Shown here piece after piece: positions 28,401 through 39,442 of a stretch of DNA of 64,000 nt. This stretch comes from Eledone cirrhosa (taxonomy: Eukaryota), in the NCBI GenBank assembly GCA_964016885.1, contig OZ024741.1:412176001-412240000 (forward strand), read 5' to 3'. Each line of letters starts with the position of its first letter. Positions within the stretch are counted from its first letter, which is position 1. Made by a program: the position numbers and the translations under genes. The notes beneath the pieces are model-generated. The model saw only the letters and a program-made list of their open reading frames with translations, did no database searches and was not told where the DNA came from.

Positions 28401-28646
28401 TGCGCATGGAGGATGACCAATGGGTGAAGAAGTGCCAGGAAATGCCAGTAGAAGGAAGACGTGGTAGAGGTAGACCACAAAAAACATGGGTGGAGGTGGT
28501 GAGAACAGACCTCAGATCACTGAAGCTCACGGTGGAGATGACGAAGGACCGTGAGAAGTGGAGAGATGCTGTGCTGAATAAGACGCATCCTACCCTTGCA
28601 AGCAGGGAAAATCGGACGTAAAATGATGATGATGTTGATGATGATG
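25500..28646 (+). mobile_element. Near full-length decayed RTE LINE (APE, RT, PHD-like finger), with stops, frameshifts and an internal deletion
   Basis: ORF pieces carry VATLN/QE, AGDFNSHVG, SQIDFLL, ELLYADDL, CSIC...WVHKRC, LRWYGHV; (GAT)n tail; homologous to 30145-33390. Confidence 0.95.
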
Positions 28647-28688
28647 ATATATATATGTATATATATATATATATATATGTGTATATAT

Positions 28689-28731
<43 letters not shown>

Positions 28732-28735
<4 letters not shown>

Positions 28736-29214
28736 TATGGGATTAACCGAACAGAGATGTGTGGACCACATTATGGTCTGTTGGTTGTGAAGCAGATAAA
28801 AAAAGGGCTCATCGACCTGTATAAATGGTGAAATATGTATAACGGAGTTTTAAATAAGCCTGAATCAACTGAATATGGCCTCCTATCTTTTATTAATACA
28901 TATACATAATATGGAAAATGAAGAATCAGTGATGCATCGGAACACAATTTATTACGTATTACAAATGTTTCTCCGTCGAACAGCTCGAGGTGTAATTCTG
29001 TCGCCAGAATTACTGCTAAATAGGCCCTTGCCTATCTAGCAGTAATTCTGGTGACAGAATTAAGGTGAGTGACAGCTCACACCTGAATGGAAATGGTCAG
29101 CGGGCAGATTTGAATGGTCAAACATACAGATGACGTCTCAAACTCTTGACCAATCGAAAGGCTGCACAAACAGGATGATGGCAGATGATAGAAATTGTAA
29201 GGTTCCGAGTCCAG
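28732..29214 (-). mobile_element. Probable Penelope-type 3' tail fragment in (TA)n with an internal hairpin
   Basis: Flanked by (TA)n; minus strand GAAACATTTGTA...AATAAA; 33-bp-arm hairpin at 28993-29062. Confidence 0.45.
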
Positions 29215-29226
29215 TATATATATAGT

Positions 29227-29445
29227 GAAGGCGTGTGGCTGAGTGGTTAGAGAATTGGATTCGCAATCGTAAGGTTGTGAGTTCGATTCCTGGACCAGGC
29301 GATGCGTTATGTCCTTGAGCAAGACACTTTATTTCACGTTGCTCCTTCTACCTGGAGTTGCGACCGATAGATAGTATTAGCAATTGGAAAGACCAACGGA
29401 AATATTGTTCCCTCGGTCCGATTTGACGAAAGTCGATCGTTCCAT
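29227..29445 (+). mobile_element. tRNA-derived SINE (5' part)
   Basis: TGGCTGAGTGG A box, GAGTTCGATTCC B box, CCTTGAGCAAGACACTTTATTTCAC body. Confidence 0.8.
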
Positions 29446-29457
29446 TATATATATATA

Positions 29458-29633
29458 TAATATAGAAGAGCTTCTACAGGACTAGAACTGTTTCATTCAG
29501 GGAGCTAATGATGTCTCATGAATGAAACAGTTCTAGTCCTGTAGAAGCTCTTCTATATTAAAACTTTTATACTCTGCTATGTATTGAGTACCTTACTTAC
29601 TGTGGTTACCTCCGATTCAACCCGGAATAACTT
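29458..29633 (+). mobile_element. Minimal fold-back insertion with a hammerhead 3' half and Penelope-type tail
   Basis: 42-bp inverted arms 29458-29499/29519-29560; GAAACAG-8nt-CTGTA at 29524-29543; TATTGAGTAC motif downstream. Confidence 0.6.
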
Positions 29634-32600
29634 ATCATCATCATCATCATCATCATCATCAGGTTTAGCGTCCGTGTTCCACGCTTGCATGGGTTTGGAC
29701 GGGGGTTTTCCCACTTGAGGCAAGAGTGGTTGTCTTGCTCGCATAGGACTGTCTGGCGGGTTTTCTACAGTTGGATGCCCTTCCTAACACCAACCACATT
29801 TACAGTGTGGGGCTGGGAGGTTTTTACCGTGTTGCCTACACGGCCACATTACAGCGTGGACTGTCTGGCGGGTTTTCTACAGCTGGATGCCCTTCCTAAC
29901 ACCAACCACATTTACAGTGTGGGGCTGGGAGGTTTTTACCGTGTTGCCTACACGGCCACATTTACAGCGTGGACTGTGTGTTTTTTGTCGTGACACCTAC
30001 ACGATCTCATTTGTTTCGGCCTGGATGTTGTGGGACCAACATAACTTTACATTGAAAGGGGCGGTGTGGGTGGGGTGGAGGTGGTGGGACGGGGGGTGTT
30101 TTGATAGAGATGCCTACTGACTGTAGTAGGTTTTTACTTTGTATTTAGGTAAGGCGGGTCTTCTCTATTACTGAGTACCGCCAAAGGTCTCGGTCCAGTG
30201 ACATTGTCTTGGAGAGGTGTAAGCGTGTGAGGTCGAAATTTATCAGCTCGTCCCATGTTTTTCTGGGTCTGCCTACTCCGTGGCTACCGTCTATCTTTAT
30301 TGCCCTGCACTTTGTTATACAGCTGTCGTCTTTCATGCGCATCACGTGACCGTACCAACATAGCCTTCTCTCGAGTAAACAACATCTGATCCCTCTTATT
30401 TCTAATTTTTTCCTTAGTTCGTTTATGCTTTGCCGTTCACGTATATTACTATTGCACATCCAGCGGAGCATGCAAGCTTCATTCCTCTCTAGTCTGCGTA
30501 TATCCTCTGCACACAATGCCCAGGTCTCACTGCCATGCAGCATTGCTGTTCGTATGCAGGCATCGTATAACCTGCCTTTCATTTTTAGGGAGAACCCTCT
30601 AGCGGCTAATAGTGGTATAAGCTCTCTGAACTTTTTCCATCCAGTTCTGACTCTAGCTACTGTACTTTCAGAGCACCCTCCCCCACTGCTGATTTTGTCA
30701 CCCAGATAACGGAAGCTGTCCACTATTTCTATAGAACCCTCTGCGCAGTTGAAGGAGCTAGTATTTTGTGGGCACTTGCTGCTACTTATTGCACCAGAGC
30801 ACCGGCCACATGTAAAATCTATGTTCTTAGTTAGCTTACCTGTGATCCCACTACATCTTTTATGCACCCATACTTTGCATTTGGGACATAAAATGGAGTT
30901 TCTACCTACGCCTTTCCTACACACTGAGCATGGCCATTTCCCAGATGGGACCGCCGCCTTATTTTCTTTCCTACAAACTAGAACTTTAGTCTTAGCCAGG
31001 TTAATTTTAAGGCCTTTTGATTCTAGGCCGTGCTTCCACGTTTGGAATTTCTTCTCTAGTTCGGTCATTGATTCAGCTATGAGCGTTAGATCATCTGCGT
31101 ATAGGAGTTCCCATGGGCAGCCGGTCTTGAACTCCTCTGTTATAGCCTGAAGGGCAATAATAAATAGTAGGGGGCTAAGAACAGAGCCCTGATGGACACC
31201 AACTTTTACGCTAAACTCTTCACTATATTCGTTGTTAATTCTAACCTTACTGACTGTTTCTTTATACATGGCTTGTATAGCTCTCACAAGCCATTCGTCA
31301 ACACCTAGTTTTCTAAGAGACCACCAGATAATGGAACGGGGGACTCTGTCGAAGGCTTTCTCCAAGTCGACGAAAGCTAAGTATAGGGGTTTACTTTTAG
31401 CTAGGTACTTCTCCTGTAGTTGTCGTACAATGAAAAGAGCGTCTGTGGTACTTTTGCCTGACACAAACCCGAACTGCATTTCATCTAGATCAATTCTCTC
31501 TCTGATTAGTTGCGCTATTACTTTTTCCGTGACCTTCATGACCTGGTCGATTAATTTAATGCCTCTATAGTTACTCCTATCTAGGGCATCTCCTTTTCCC
31601 TTATAGCAGTTAACGATGATGCTGCTACGCCATTCCTTCGGAACAACCCCATTCTGTACGACTTGGTTAACTATCCGGGTGACCATGGTGTGTCCCACCG
31701 AACCAGATGCCTTCAGCATCTCAGCAACTATTTCCGAAGGCCCAGCCGCCTTACCTGTCTTCATATCTTTGATTCCCTTACTTATTATACTACCTTTAAC
31801 TAACACTGCTGGTCCCTCTATTGGATCGATCTGGGGGAGACTGTCTTTCTCCCATTTGTTCTCCTCATTTAGAAGCCTTTCGTAGTGACACTTCCAAGCT
31901 ACCTTCTTATCAGCGTCGGTGATGGCAAGTATGCCATCATCGTTAAGTACACACTTCTCCCCGACAATATCACGGTTTTCCTTGACACATTGCCTGGCAA
32001 TCCTGAACACCTCACGTTTTTGGTCCTCACGTTGTAGAACATGCTTGAACTTTCTTTCCTCTGCTTCCCTTCTTGCGAAGTACACTTGTCTCCTAGCTTC
32101 CCTCCTGGCCACTTGATAGTCTTCTCTACTTCCCCCATCCCGCCATACTTTCCAAGCCTGCTTTTCGGCCTTAATTGACTCCTCCACCTTACTGTTCCAC
32201 CACCATGTTACTCTCCTCCTACCTACAGGCCTGCTCCAGCCACAGACCTCGTCTGCCGCCGTCAGCAGGGTTGCTCTCAGGAATTCCCACTGTTCCTCTA
32301 TATTATACGACTCTAATTGCTCTTCCTTACTGTCGAAAGCGTCAAGTAATATGCTTTGGAATTTATTTCTGGCTATGGGGTCCTTTAGCTTCCATATTTT
32401 TCTCCTGAGGATAGTCCTCTTCCGCTGTCTAGTACGTCTCGTCCTGACTATGAGGTCGCTAATTATCAGTCTATGTTGGGAGGTGAATTCTTCATGGGGG
32501 TGGGATTTAGTGTTAACAACAGACACTCTGTCACGTCTTCTGGTAAGGATATAATCTACCTGGCTTGTGTGTTCCCCCGATCTATAGGTGATCAAGTGAT

Positions 32601-33525
32601 TGTCTCGTTTTTTTAAGTTAGTGTTACAGATAGTTAAGTTATTTGCGTCGCAGAATTCCAGGATTCTGGAGCCTTCCTCATTTCTAGTACCGAACCCATA
32701 GCCTCCATGGATTCCGTCATAGCCGTCACAATGTTGTCCAACGTGACCATTTAGGTCGCCTGCAATAACTATATAGTCACTGTCGGTTATTTGGGAGGTA
32801 GCGAGCATCAGTGTCTCGTAGAATCTGTCTTTTATAGCGCCGGGCAGTCCGGATTGGGGTGCGTACGCAGATATTACTGTCACCGTAGTTTTATTGAGGA
32901 CAAGTCTTATTTTAATTATTCTGTCGTTCACTCTATTTACGTCTATTATCTTATCTGCCCACTTTTCTGCTACCATGATTCCTACCCCACCCAACCCATT
33001 GTCATTTCCCACCCAGAAAAGCTTATAGCATCGTTCTTTACCCACGATGAATCTAGCCGACCCTCCCCTCCACCTGGTCTCTTGAATACAACAAACATCG
33101 ACCTCCTTACGTTCAAGCATTTCTACAACCTCGTTAGAGCGACCCTTTAAGGTGCCTACATTCATGGTACCAACTCTGAAGTTTTGGATTGCGTTTGGAG
33201 GGTGGGAGCGGTGGGGAGCGGTGGGGGATGGGGTTATGTTAGCCATCCTGGGCCGAAACAAGGAGGAGTGCTTGCATTCTCGTCCACGAGGTGAATTTGG
33301 CTTTATCTTTGGCATTGTCGCTGAGCGTCCACATTTTTCTCTCTTCAACTCTCCAGAATTCCGTAGTCCATCCATCATATCGAAAAGCAACCAGTTAAGC
33401 GATAGTATGGGCCTCTGACTTATGATTGGTCCACGTAATAATGGTGGTGCGTGGGGGCGGGAGGGAGGGATGATGGGTTGTTAGCGAGAATGTAAGGTTT
33501 AAGATAAGATCGCCGTATTTTGGGC
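29634..33525 (-). mobile_element. Apparently full-length RTE-clade LINE
   Basis: Single long ORF, ~500-bp 3' UTR with an internal ~115-bp duplication, (GAT)n tail at 29634-29660; 5' boundary approximate. Confidence 0.93.
30145..33390 (-). CDS. RTE LINE polyprotein: AP endonuclease, reverse transcriptase, C4HC3 PHD-like finger
   Basis: 1081-aa uninterrupted ORF: VGTMNV, IQET, YAPQ, GDLNGHVG, QVDYIL, SQHRL (APE); QFGF, FVDLEKAFD, GVHQGSVLSPLLF, YADD (RT). First ATG is at 33378. Confidence 0.96.
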   Translation of the reverse strand: MLFDMMDGLRNSGELKREKCGRSATMPKIKPNSPRGRECKHSSLFRPRMANITPSPTAPHRSHPPNAIQNFRVGTMNVGTLKGRSNEVVEMLERKEVDVCCIQETRWRGGSARFIVGKERCYKLFWVGNDNGLGGVGIMVAEKWADKIIDVNRVNDRIIKIRLVLNKTTVTVISAYAPQSGLPGAIKDRFYETLMLATSQITDSDYIVIAGDLNGHVGQHCDGYDGIHGGYGFGTRNEEGSRILEFCDANNLTICNTNLKKRDNHLITYRSGEHTSQVDYILTRRRDRVSVVNTKSHPHEEFTSQHRLIISDLIVRTRRTRQRKRTILRRKIWKLKDPIARNKFQSILLDAFDSKEEQLESYNIEEQWEFLRATLLTAADEVCGWSRPVGRRRVTWWWNSKVEESIKAEKQAWKVWRDGGSREDYQVARREARRQVYFARREAEERKFKHVLQREDQKREVFRIARQCVKENRDIVGEKCVLNDDGILAITDADKKVAWKCHYERLLNEENKWEKDSLPQIDPIEGPAVLVKGSIISKGIKDMKTGKAAGPSEIVAEMLKASGSVGHTMVTRIVNQVVQNGVVPKEWRSSIIVNCYKGKGDALDRSNYRGIKLIDQVMKVTEKVIAQLIRERIDLDEMQFGFVSGKSTTDALFIVRQLQEKYLAKSKPLYLAFVDLEKAFDRVPRSIIWWSLRKLGVDEWLVRAIQAMYKETVSKVRINNEYSEEFSVKVGVHQGSVLSPLLFIIALQAITEEFKTGCPWELLYADDLTLIAESMTELEKKFQTWKHGLESKGLKINLAKTKVLVCRKENKAAVPSGKWPCSVCRKGVGRNSILCPKCKVWVHKRCSGITGKLTKNIDFTCGRCSGAISSSKCPQNTSSFNCAEGSIEIVDSFRYLGDKISSGGGCSESTVARVRTGWKKFRELIPLLAARGFSLKMKGRLYDACIRTAMLHGSETWALCAEDIRRLERNEACMLRWMCNSNIRERQSINELRKKLEIRGIRCCLLERRLCWYGHVMRMKDDSCITKCRAIKIDGSHGVGRPRKTWDELINFDLTRLHLSKTMSLDRDLWRYSVIEKTRLT

Positions 33526-33644
33526 ATAATTTAACAATAAACGAAAATACAAGATTTGTTTTGTTTAAGAAAATACGATAGAGAAAATGCGGTGATAGGG
33601 AAAATATGATTTTTAGAGAAAAGATATGATATAGAATGGTGAAA

Positions 33645-33688
<44 letters not shown>

Positions 33689-33774
33689 TCTGTTGGTGTG
33701 AGGAAGGGCATCCAGCTGTAGAAACTGAGCCTAAATCAGTTCTGTATGAGAAAGACATGGTCACTTGACCTGGC

Positions 33775-34575
33775 ATTACCAACAACAGGAGCATGCTTGC
33801 TTCATTTCTCTCCAGTCATCACATATCCTCTGTAGTTGCTGCCCATATCTCACTACCATGCAGCATTGCGCATCTCACACAGGCATCATATAACTGACCT
33901 TTTGTTCGTAGGGAAAAACCCTTCTTTGTCAACAGAGGAAGCAGCTTCCTAAACTTCTTCCAACCCATCCTTATTCTAGATACTATGGTCTCGGAAAAGC
34001 CTCTCCCATGCTAATCTGATCACTTAGGTTTCGGAAGCTATCAACCACCTCTATAGATCCTACCTGCATTTGAAAAATGTGTCAATCACTGCGACTTCTG
34101 CTATCAAATTTCCTAGAACATCTGCTGCATACGTAGTTTTCCCTACCTGTTAGTTTGCCTGCTATCCCACTACACCTCTTGTGTACCCAAGATCTGCATT
34201 GTGTACATTCTATAGAGTTTATGCCAACTCCTTTTCTACATATCGAACATGGCCATTTCCCTGGTGGAATCAGAGTTTTGTCCTCTTTCCCGCTTATCAA
34301 CACTTTAGTCTTTGCTGGGTTCTTTCTCAGTCCTCTTGATTCCAACTGTTGTTTCCATAGCTGGAATTTATTCTCTAGCTCCTCCAAGCACAAAACTAAA
34401 CCACATCTCATCTAATTTGACTCTTTCTCTAATTAGTTGTGCTAGCACTTTTTCTGCGGCTTTCATAACTTGATCCATCAATTTTATGCCCCTATAATTG
34501 CTCCTCTCCAGAGCATCCCTTTTACCTTTGTAGCAATTTACAAGAATACTGCTGTACCAGTCTTTGAGTATGACT
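33775..34575 (-). mobile_element. Internally deleted RTE LINE fragment, same family as 25500-28646
   Basis: ELENKFQLWKQQLESRGL...GKWPCSIC...WVHKRC closely matches 27584-28042. Confidence 0.9.
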
Positions 34576-35277
34576 CAAAGCCCCTTCTGTCCACATATAT
34601 TATGCAACAATGCATAATTGGTGTATGTGGCTTCATCAGTGGGCTTCGCCTAATCAATAACCAATCGATCAACAGAATTCGACTTCAGTCCATGCCAGCT
34701 ATGACTGTATGTGACGGCCAACACAGTAAAACGTTGGTAACTGGAATCTCTACGTGTCACAATGCCGTCTCCTGATTGGCTACCGATTTATAAATTTACG
34801 TGATGACAGGAGACGAAATTCAAGTAGTTCCGCTCTCACCATAAGCACTCAGCCAACAAATCTCAAACACAAATTAACAAGTTAGTGAAAAATTGGTTAT
34901 TAGAGAAATTAGTAGCATTCGACTCTAGTCTCCAAGTCCCATGGCGAGAAATAATGCGATAGTAATAATGGTAGGGCCTACAACCTTTCCAGACATTAAA
35001 TACCAACCGGTGATTACACAGCGATATAGAATAGTGCGTTGGTTAGAATCTGAATTCTAGATGTTTCAGCCAACCACGTGTGTAAACCGGTTTATTTCAC
35101 AACTTGTACGATTTAATAAACTTGTACATATATATATATATATATATAATGGTAAAAAAACTGGGAGGTTATATCTGTAGTAAGTAGAGTACTCAATGAA
35201 GAGGACGGGTTCAGGTTGAAAATCCATTGGGTGAAACTCACATCCTCGTGTATGGTCTGCTAACTTGTTGTGGAAAT

Positions 35278-35348
<71 letters not shown>

Positions 35349-35349
<1 letters not shown>

Positions 35350-37520
35350 CCGTAGGATCTCCACCCTCTCTTCCTCAGAAGCTATTTTCAATAAGGCATC
35401 CCCCTACTATAATAAAGCCCTTCAAAATAGCGGATTTAGCAAACCGATTAAGTACATACCCAACAATACTAACTCTTTTAAACATAATAATAGGAAAAGA
35501 AAAATAATCTGGTTCACATCCCCCTACTCTCTAGCAGTTAAAACTAATGTAGGCAAAACATTCCTAGAGCTCTTAGATAAACATTTCCCTAGAACACATA
35601 GATACTATAAGATCTTCAATAGAAACTGTGTCAAAATTAGCTACTCATGCGGTCCCCCTATTAAATCTTATATCATCAATAAGAAATCACCCAGAGAACA
35701 TCAAAATTGCTCCTGTAGAGTCAAAAGTGAATGCCCATTACAAGGTAAATGCAACACCAAAAGCCATTGTATATGCGGCTAAAGTGACAACCATCAGCAA
35801 CAACCAACCAGCCACCAGCGAACGATATGTGGGTATGACACAAGACAGATTCAAAACGCGGTATTATTCACATGTCGCATCTTTCCGACATCCAGAAAAA
35901 AGATTCACAACAGCTCTGGCTAGCAGAATATGGGATTTGAAAGACCAAGGTATCCAATATAAATTGGATTGGTCAATTTTGAACCAATCTAAAGAATATG
36001 CACAAGGAACAAGAAGATGCACACTCTGCATAAGTGAAAAATATTGGATTTTACAGAACCTTAAATCACCAAAAACCTGCCTAAATACAAAAACAGAAAT
36101 TTTCACCAGTTGCTCACACATGAAATCACACTTGCTTTCCAGCTCATATAAACTTAACTCACTTTCAGATACTTATCCTCCATAAACTCTTATTCTTCAC
36201 TTTCCTTAAATTGTCCTCTTTACAGACTTCTCTTTCTGATTTACTTTCAATTTTAACTTTATTTTTAATTTTATTTTTATTTTTATTTTTATTTTTATTT
36301 TTATTTTTATTTTTACTTCACATCCACCAGTACCCCCCCCTACTTTTCGATTCACTTACCTAATATCTTCACATTCCACATTTTACTTCCCCATTTTCTT
36401 TCACTACCTGATACCACATGTCACTTGCGTTTTCCACTCCAGGTATATTCTGTTGTTTCGCAGCCGATTTTATATTTGTACTCATTTATTCATATTTATA
36501 ATCTGTATCTATGTGTCTGAGTGTGCTTATGTGTGTATACGTTCTGTATATGTATACGAACGCCTCCGTATGTGTGCGTGCGTACGTATATATATGTGTG
36601 TGTATGTGTGTTTTTATATCTATGTTCTTTTATATCTATGTTTTTTACATTCTTATTTTTACGTGTGTGTGTGTATGCGGGTGAATGTATGTGTATGTGT
36701 ATGTATATGTATATGTATGTATGGGTGTGTATGTATATGTGTATATATATATATAGGCGCATACGTACGTGTGATTAGATATACATGGGGCGATATATAT
36801 ATATATGTGCCTCGTGTGTATGTATGTATGCATGCGCTTTTGTCTGTACGTATTTGTGTGTATAAATATTTTTTTATATAGATATGTGTGTGTACGTGCG
36901 TACCTATGTTTGTTTTCTTTTTTCTAGTGTTAATTGATTACTTTCTCTTTGATTTAAACATTTTTTCATTCTCATATATTGTTTCATTTTTATACATATA
37001 TCGAGAATGACACTTCTTTTTACTATTACACTCCCTTCTCTCTTTATCTTCCGCATATAAGTGACCGCGCGTGTGTGTGTGTTTATACGCGTGCTTTCAT
37101 ACTCATATGTATATTTAATACCTGTATCTGGATGCGTGTCAACTATATTTTCATACAATTTCTTTTTCAACTCATATTATATACGTATTTGTGGTCACAT
37201 ATACACAAATATACTTTCCCTCATATATGTACTTACGCACACATTTTCACCATACACATGCATTTGTACATACACACATATGGACATTTGTGAGTGTATA
37301 TACATACATATACACATACCCTAACTATATTTCCTTATATTTTTTTATATATCATTACTTTTATTTATATATGTTTTGCATCTCTTGAGGAGACTTTCCA
37401 AATATTTCACTATGTTTGAAATTGCCTTGTCCGACGAACGAATGAGGACGTTTTCGTATTCGTCTTATTCGGGAAACCTCTGGTAATGAGGTAATTATAT
37501 TGTATTGTTTATTATACATT
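35349..37520 (+). mobile_element. 5'-truncated Penelope-like element (RT thumb, Cys linker, GIY-YIG, long 3' tail) inserted in (TA)n
   Basis: RRISTLSSSEAIF, IIWFTSPYS, VKISYSC, CSC...CPLQGKC, frameshift, IVY...YVGMT..FKTRY..H, CTLCISEK; hammerhead motif near the 3' end. Confidence 0.9.
37425..37491 (+). ncRNA. Type I hammerhead ribozyme-like motif with CCGACGA core variant
   Basis: Stem I CCTTGT/ATGAGG; CCGACGA; stem II CGAATGAGGACG/CGTCTTATTCG; GAAACC-TCT-GGTA (predicted cleavage after 37485). Confidence 0.65.
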
Positions 37521-37535
37521 ATATATATATATATA

Positions 37536-37726
37536 ACGAAGGAAATGTGGTAAGGAACCAGGTGGACCATAACGCACCAAAGTACTCAATACTTAGAGTA
37601 GTAGAGTGGGTAATAGGAACGAGTAGGACCCCGACGGCTGAGCTCAAGCCGTTTCGACGGCTAATTCTGGACTCCAGAATTAGCCGTCGAAACGGCTTGA
37701 GCTCAGCCGTCGGGGTCCTACTCGTT

Positions 37727-37731
<5 letters not shown>
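37536..37731 (-). mobile_element. Minimal fold-back insertion: perfect 59-bp-arm palindrome plus tail, between (TA)n tracts
   Basis: 37613-37671 and 37673-37731 are exact reverse complements; contains GAAACGGCT-TGAGCTC-AGCCGTC (hammerhead stem III and GUC); TATTGAGTAC in the tail. Confidence 0.75.
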
Positions 37732-37767
<36 letters not shown>

Positions 37768-37974
37768 ATATAGTATTAAGGATACTATTTATGGTTATGT
37801 ATATACTAAAACCTTTTATAGTTATATATATTTTATACCCTAAATAGTGAAAGACAGTAATTTATTACTATCTTATTACCAGTAAGATAAATAGCTCAAT
37901 GTAACAACATCAGTTGTTTTACAGAGCAGTTATATAGAGATTACATGAAACAAAGTTTTGTTTAAATCATTTAT

Positions 37975-38023
37975 TTGCTTACAATTGTTTCTTCCAAACC
38001 GAGATTTGGAGTCTTCGGAGCAA
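37975..38023 (-). ncRNA. Minimal type I hammerhead-like motif (CCGAAGA core), left copy
   Basis: Reverse complement of 39443-39491. Confidence 0.7.
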
Positions 38024-39442
38024 TTATTCAGTGATTTTTAACATACTTGACCTCCTTATCAACACAAGAGACATATAGAAACATATGTATATATTGACCC
38101 ACAGTGGGTTGACATCCATTGTAATAATATAGCATGGTATTTTACATACAAAGATTACAGTCATATTAAAGGACAAAATTAAAGTTAAAATTAAAATAAA
38201 ACATTGCATTGGCAGTATACTAAGATAAAGCAAGTGTATGTAACAGTCACACCTGTGGCATGCACGCGTGTCCTATTTATACAAGATTATAGTGCGGCAG
38301 ATTGTTACAAGTAAAACAAGCAGTCAAAGCAGGCAATCAAGAGCATCATGGGGGCTGTACTTGTAAAGCATTATTCACTACACACCTGTACGATATAGAA
38401 GCCCGTGTATGGAGAAACACCAAAAATATCAAAAATATTACAAATGAGAAGCAAAACAGCACCACTTTCCTCGTACACACCACCACTCTCACAATCCAGG
38501 AAATGCAATTTATAGACTACATGTCCATCTCACAATCCACGATGATTCAACATTGGGTGCCTGGTGAACCATGATAGAAGGTAATCATCCTAATATGAAC
38601 ACCTTTAGTACTTCTTGATAGACTACACTGTAATTTATAGATAAGATACTTAAATTTAGAAATTGTTTATAACCTTATATGATAGGAATTCATTTGGGAC
38701 ACCATTAATGTACTTTGGATAATAAATTTAGCTATAGAAATCAGCTAGTTACCTCCCCTTAAGCATTAACTCCCCTTAATCACACACACACTTCCGGAAT
38801 ATAATGCGATGTCATCTCTCACAACAAAAACAACCTACTCTATAGAATCAAATTAATGAACGACAAGCTGTGATGTTCTAGCATGGTTCACCAGGCACCC
38901 AATGTTGAATCATCGTGGATTGTGAGATGGACATGTAGTCTATAAATTGTATTTCCTGGATTGTGAGAGTGGTGGTGTGTACGAGGACAGTGGTGCTGTT
39001 TTGCTTCTCATTTGTAATATTTTTGATATTTTTGGTGTTTCTCCACACACGGGCTTCTATATCGTACAGGTGTGTGTGAATAATGCTTTACAAGTACAGC
39101 CCCTATGGTGCTCTTGATTGCCTGCTTTGACTGCTTGTTTTACTTGTAACAATCTGCCGCACTATAATCTTGTATAAATAGGACACGCGTGCATGCCACA
39201 GGTGTGACTGTTACATACACTTGCTTTATCTTAGTAGACTGCCAATGCAATGTTTTATTTTAATTTTAATTTTAATTTTAACTTTAATTTTGTCCTTTAA
39301 TATGACTGTAATCTTTGTATGTAAATTACCATGCTATATTATTATAATGGATGTTAACCCACTGTGGGTCAATATATACATATGTTTCTATATGTCTCTT
39401 GTGTTGATAAGAAGGTCAAGTATGTTAAAAATCACTGAATAA

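Noticed and set aside
22770-29295. tRNA genes at the SINE heads (22770-22839, 29227-29295)
   Set aside because: A and B boxes are present, but there is no acceptor stem and each continues into a SINE body
34580-35125. Hammerhead-like fragments (GTGATGA...GAAAT...GTA at ~34800-34828; CTGATGA on the minus strand at ~34633)
   Set aside because: Core and stems could not be assembled into a consistent fold
36453-37388. Cluster of short ORFs on both strands
   Set aside because: Products of TA/TG/CA low-complexity sequence in the Penelope 3' tail
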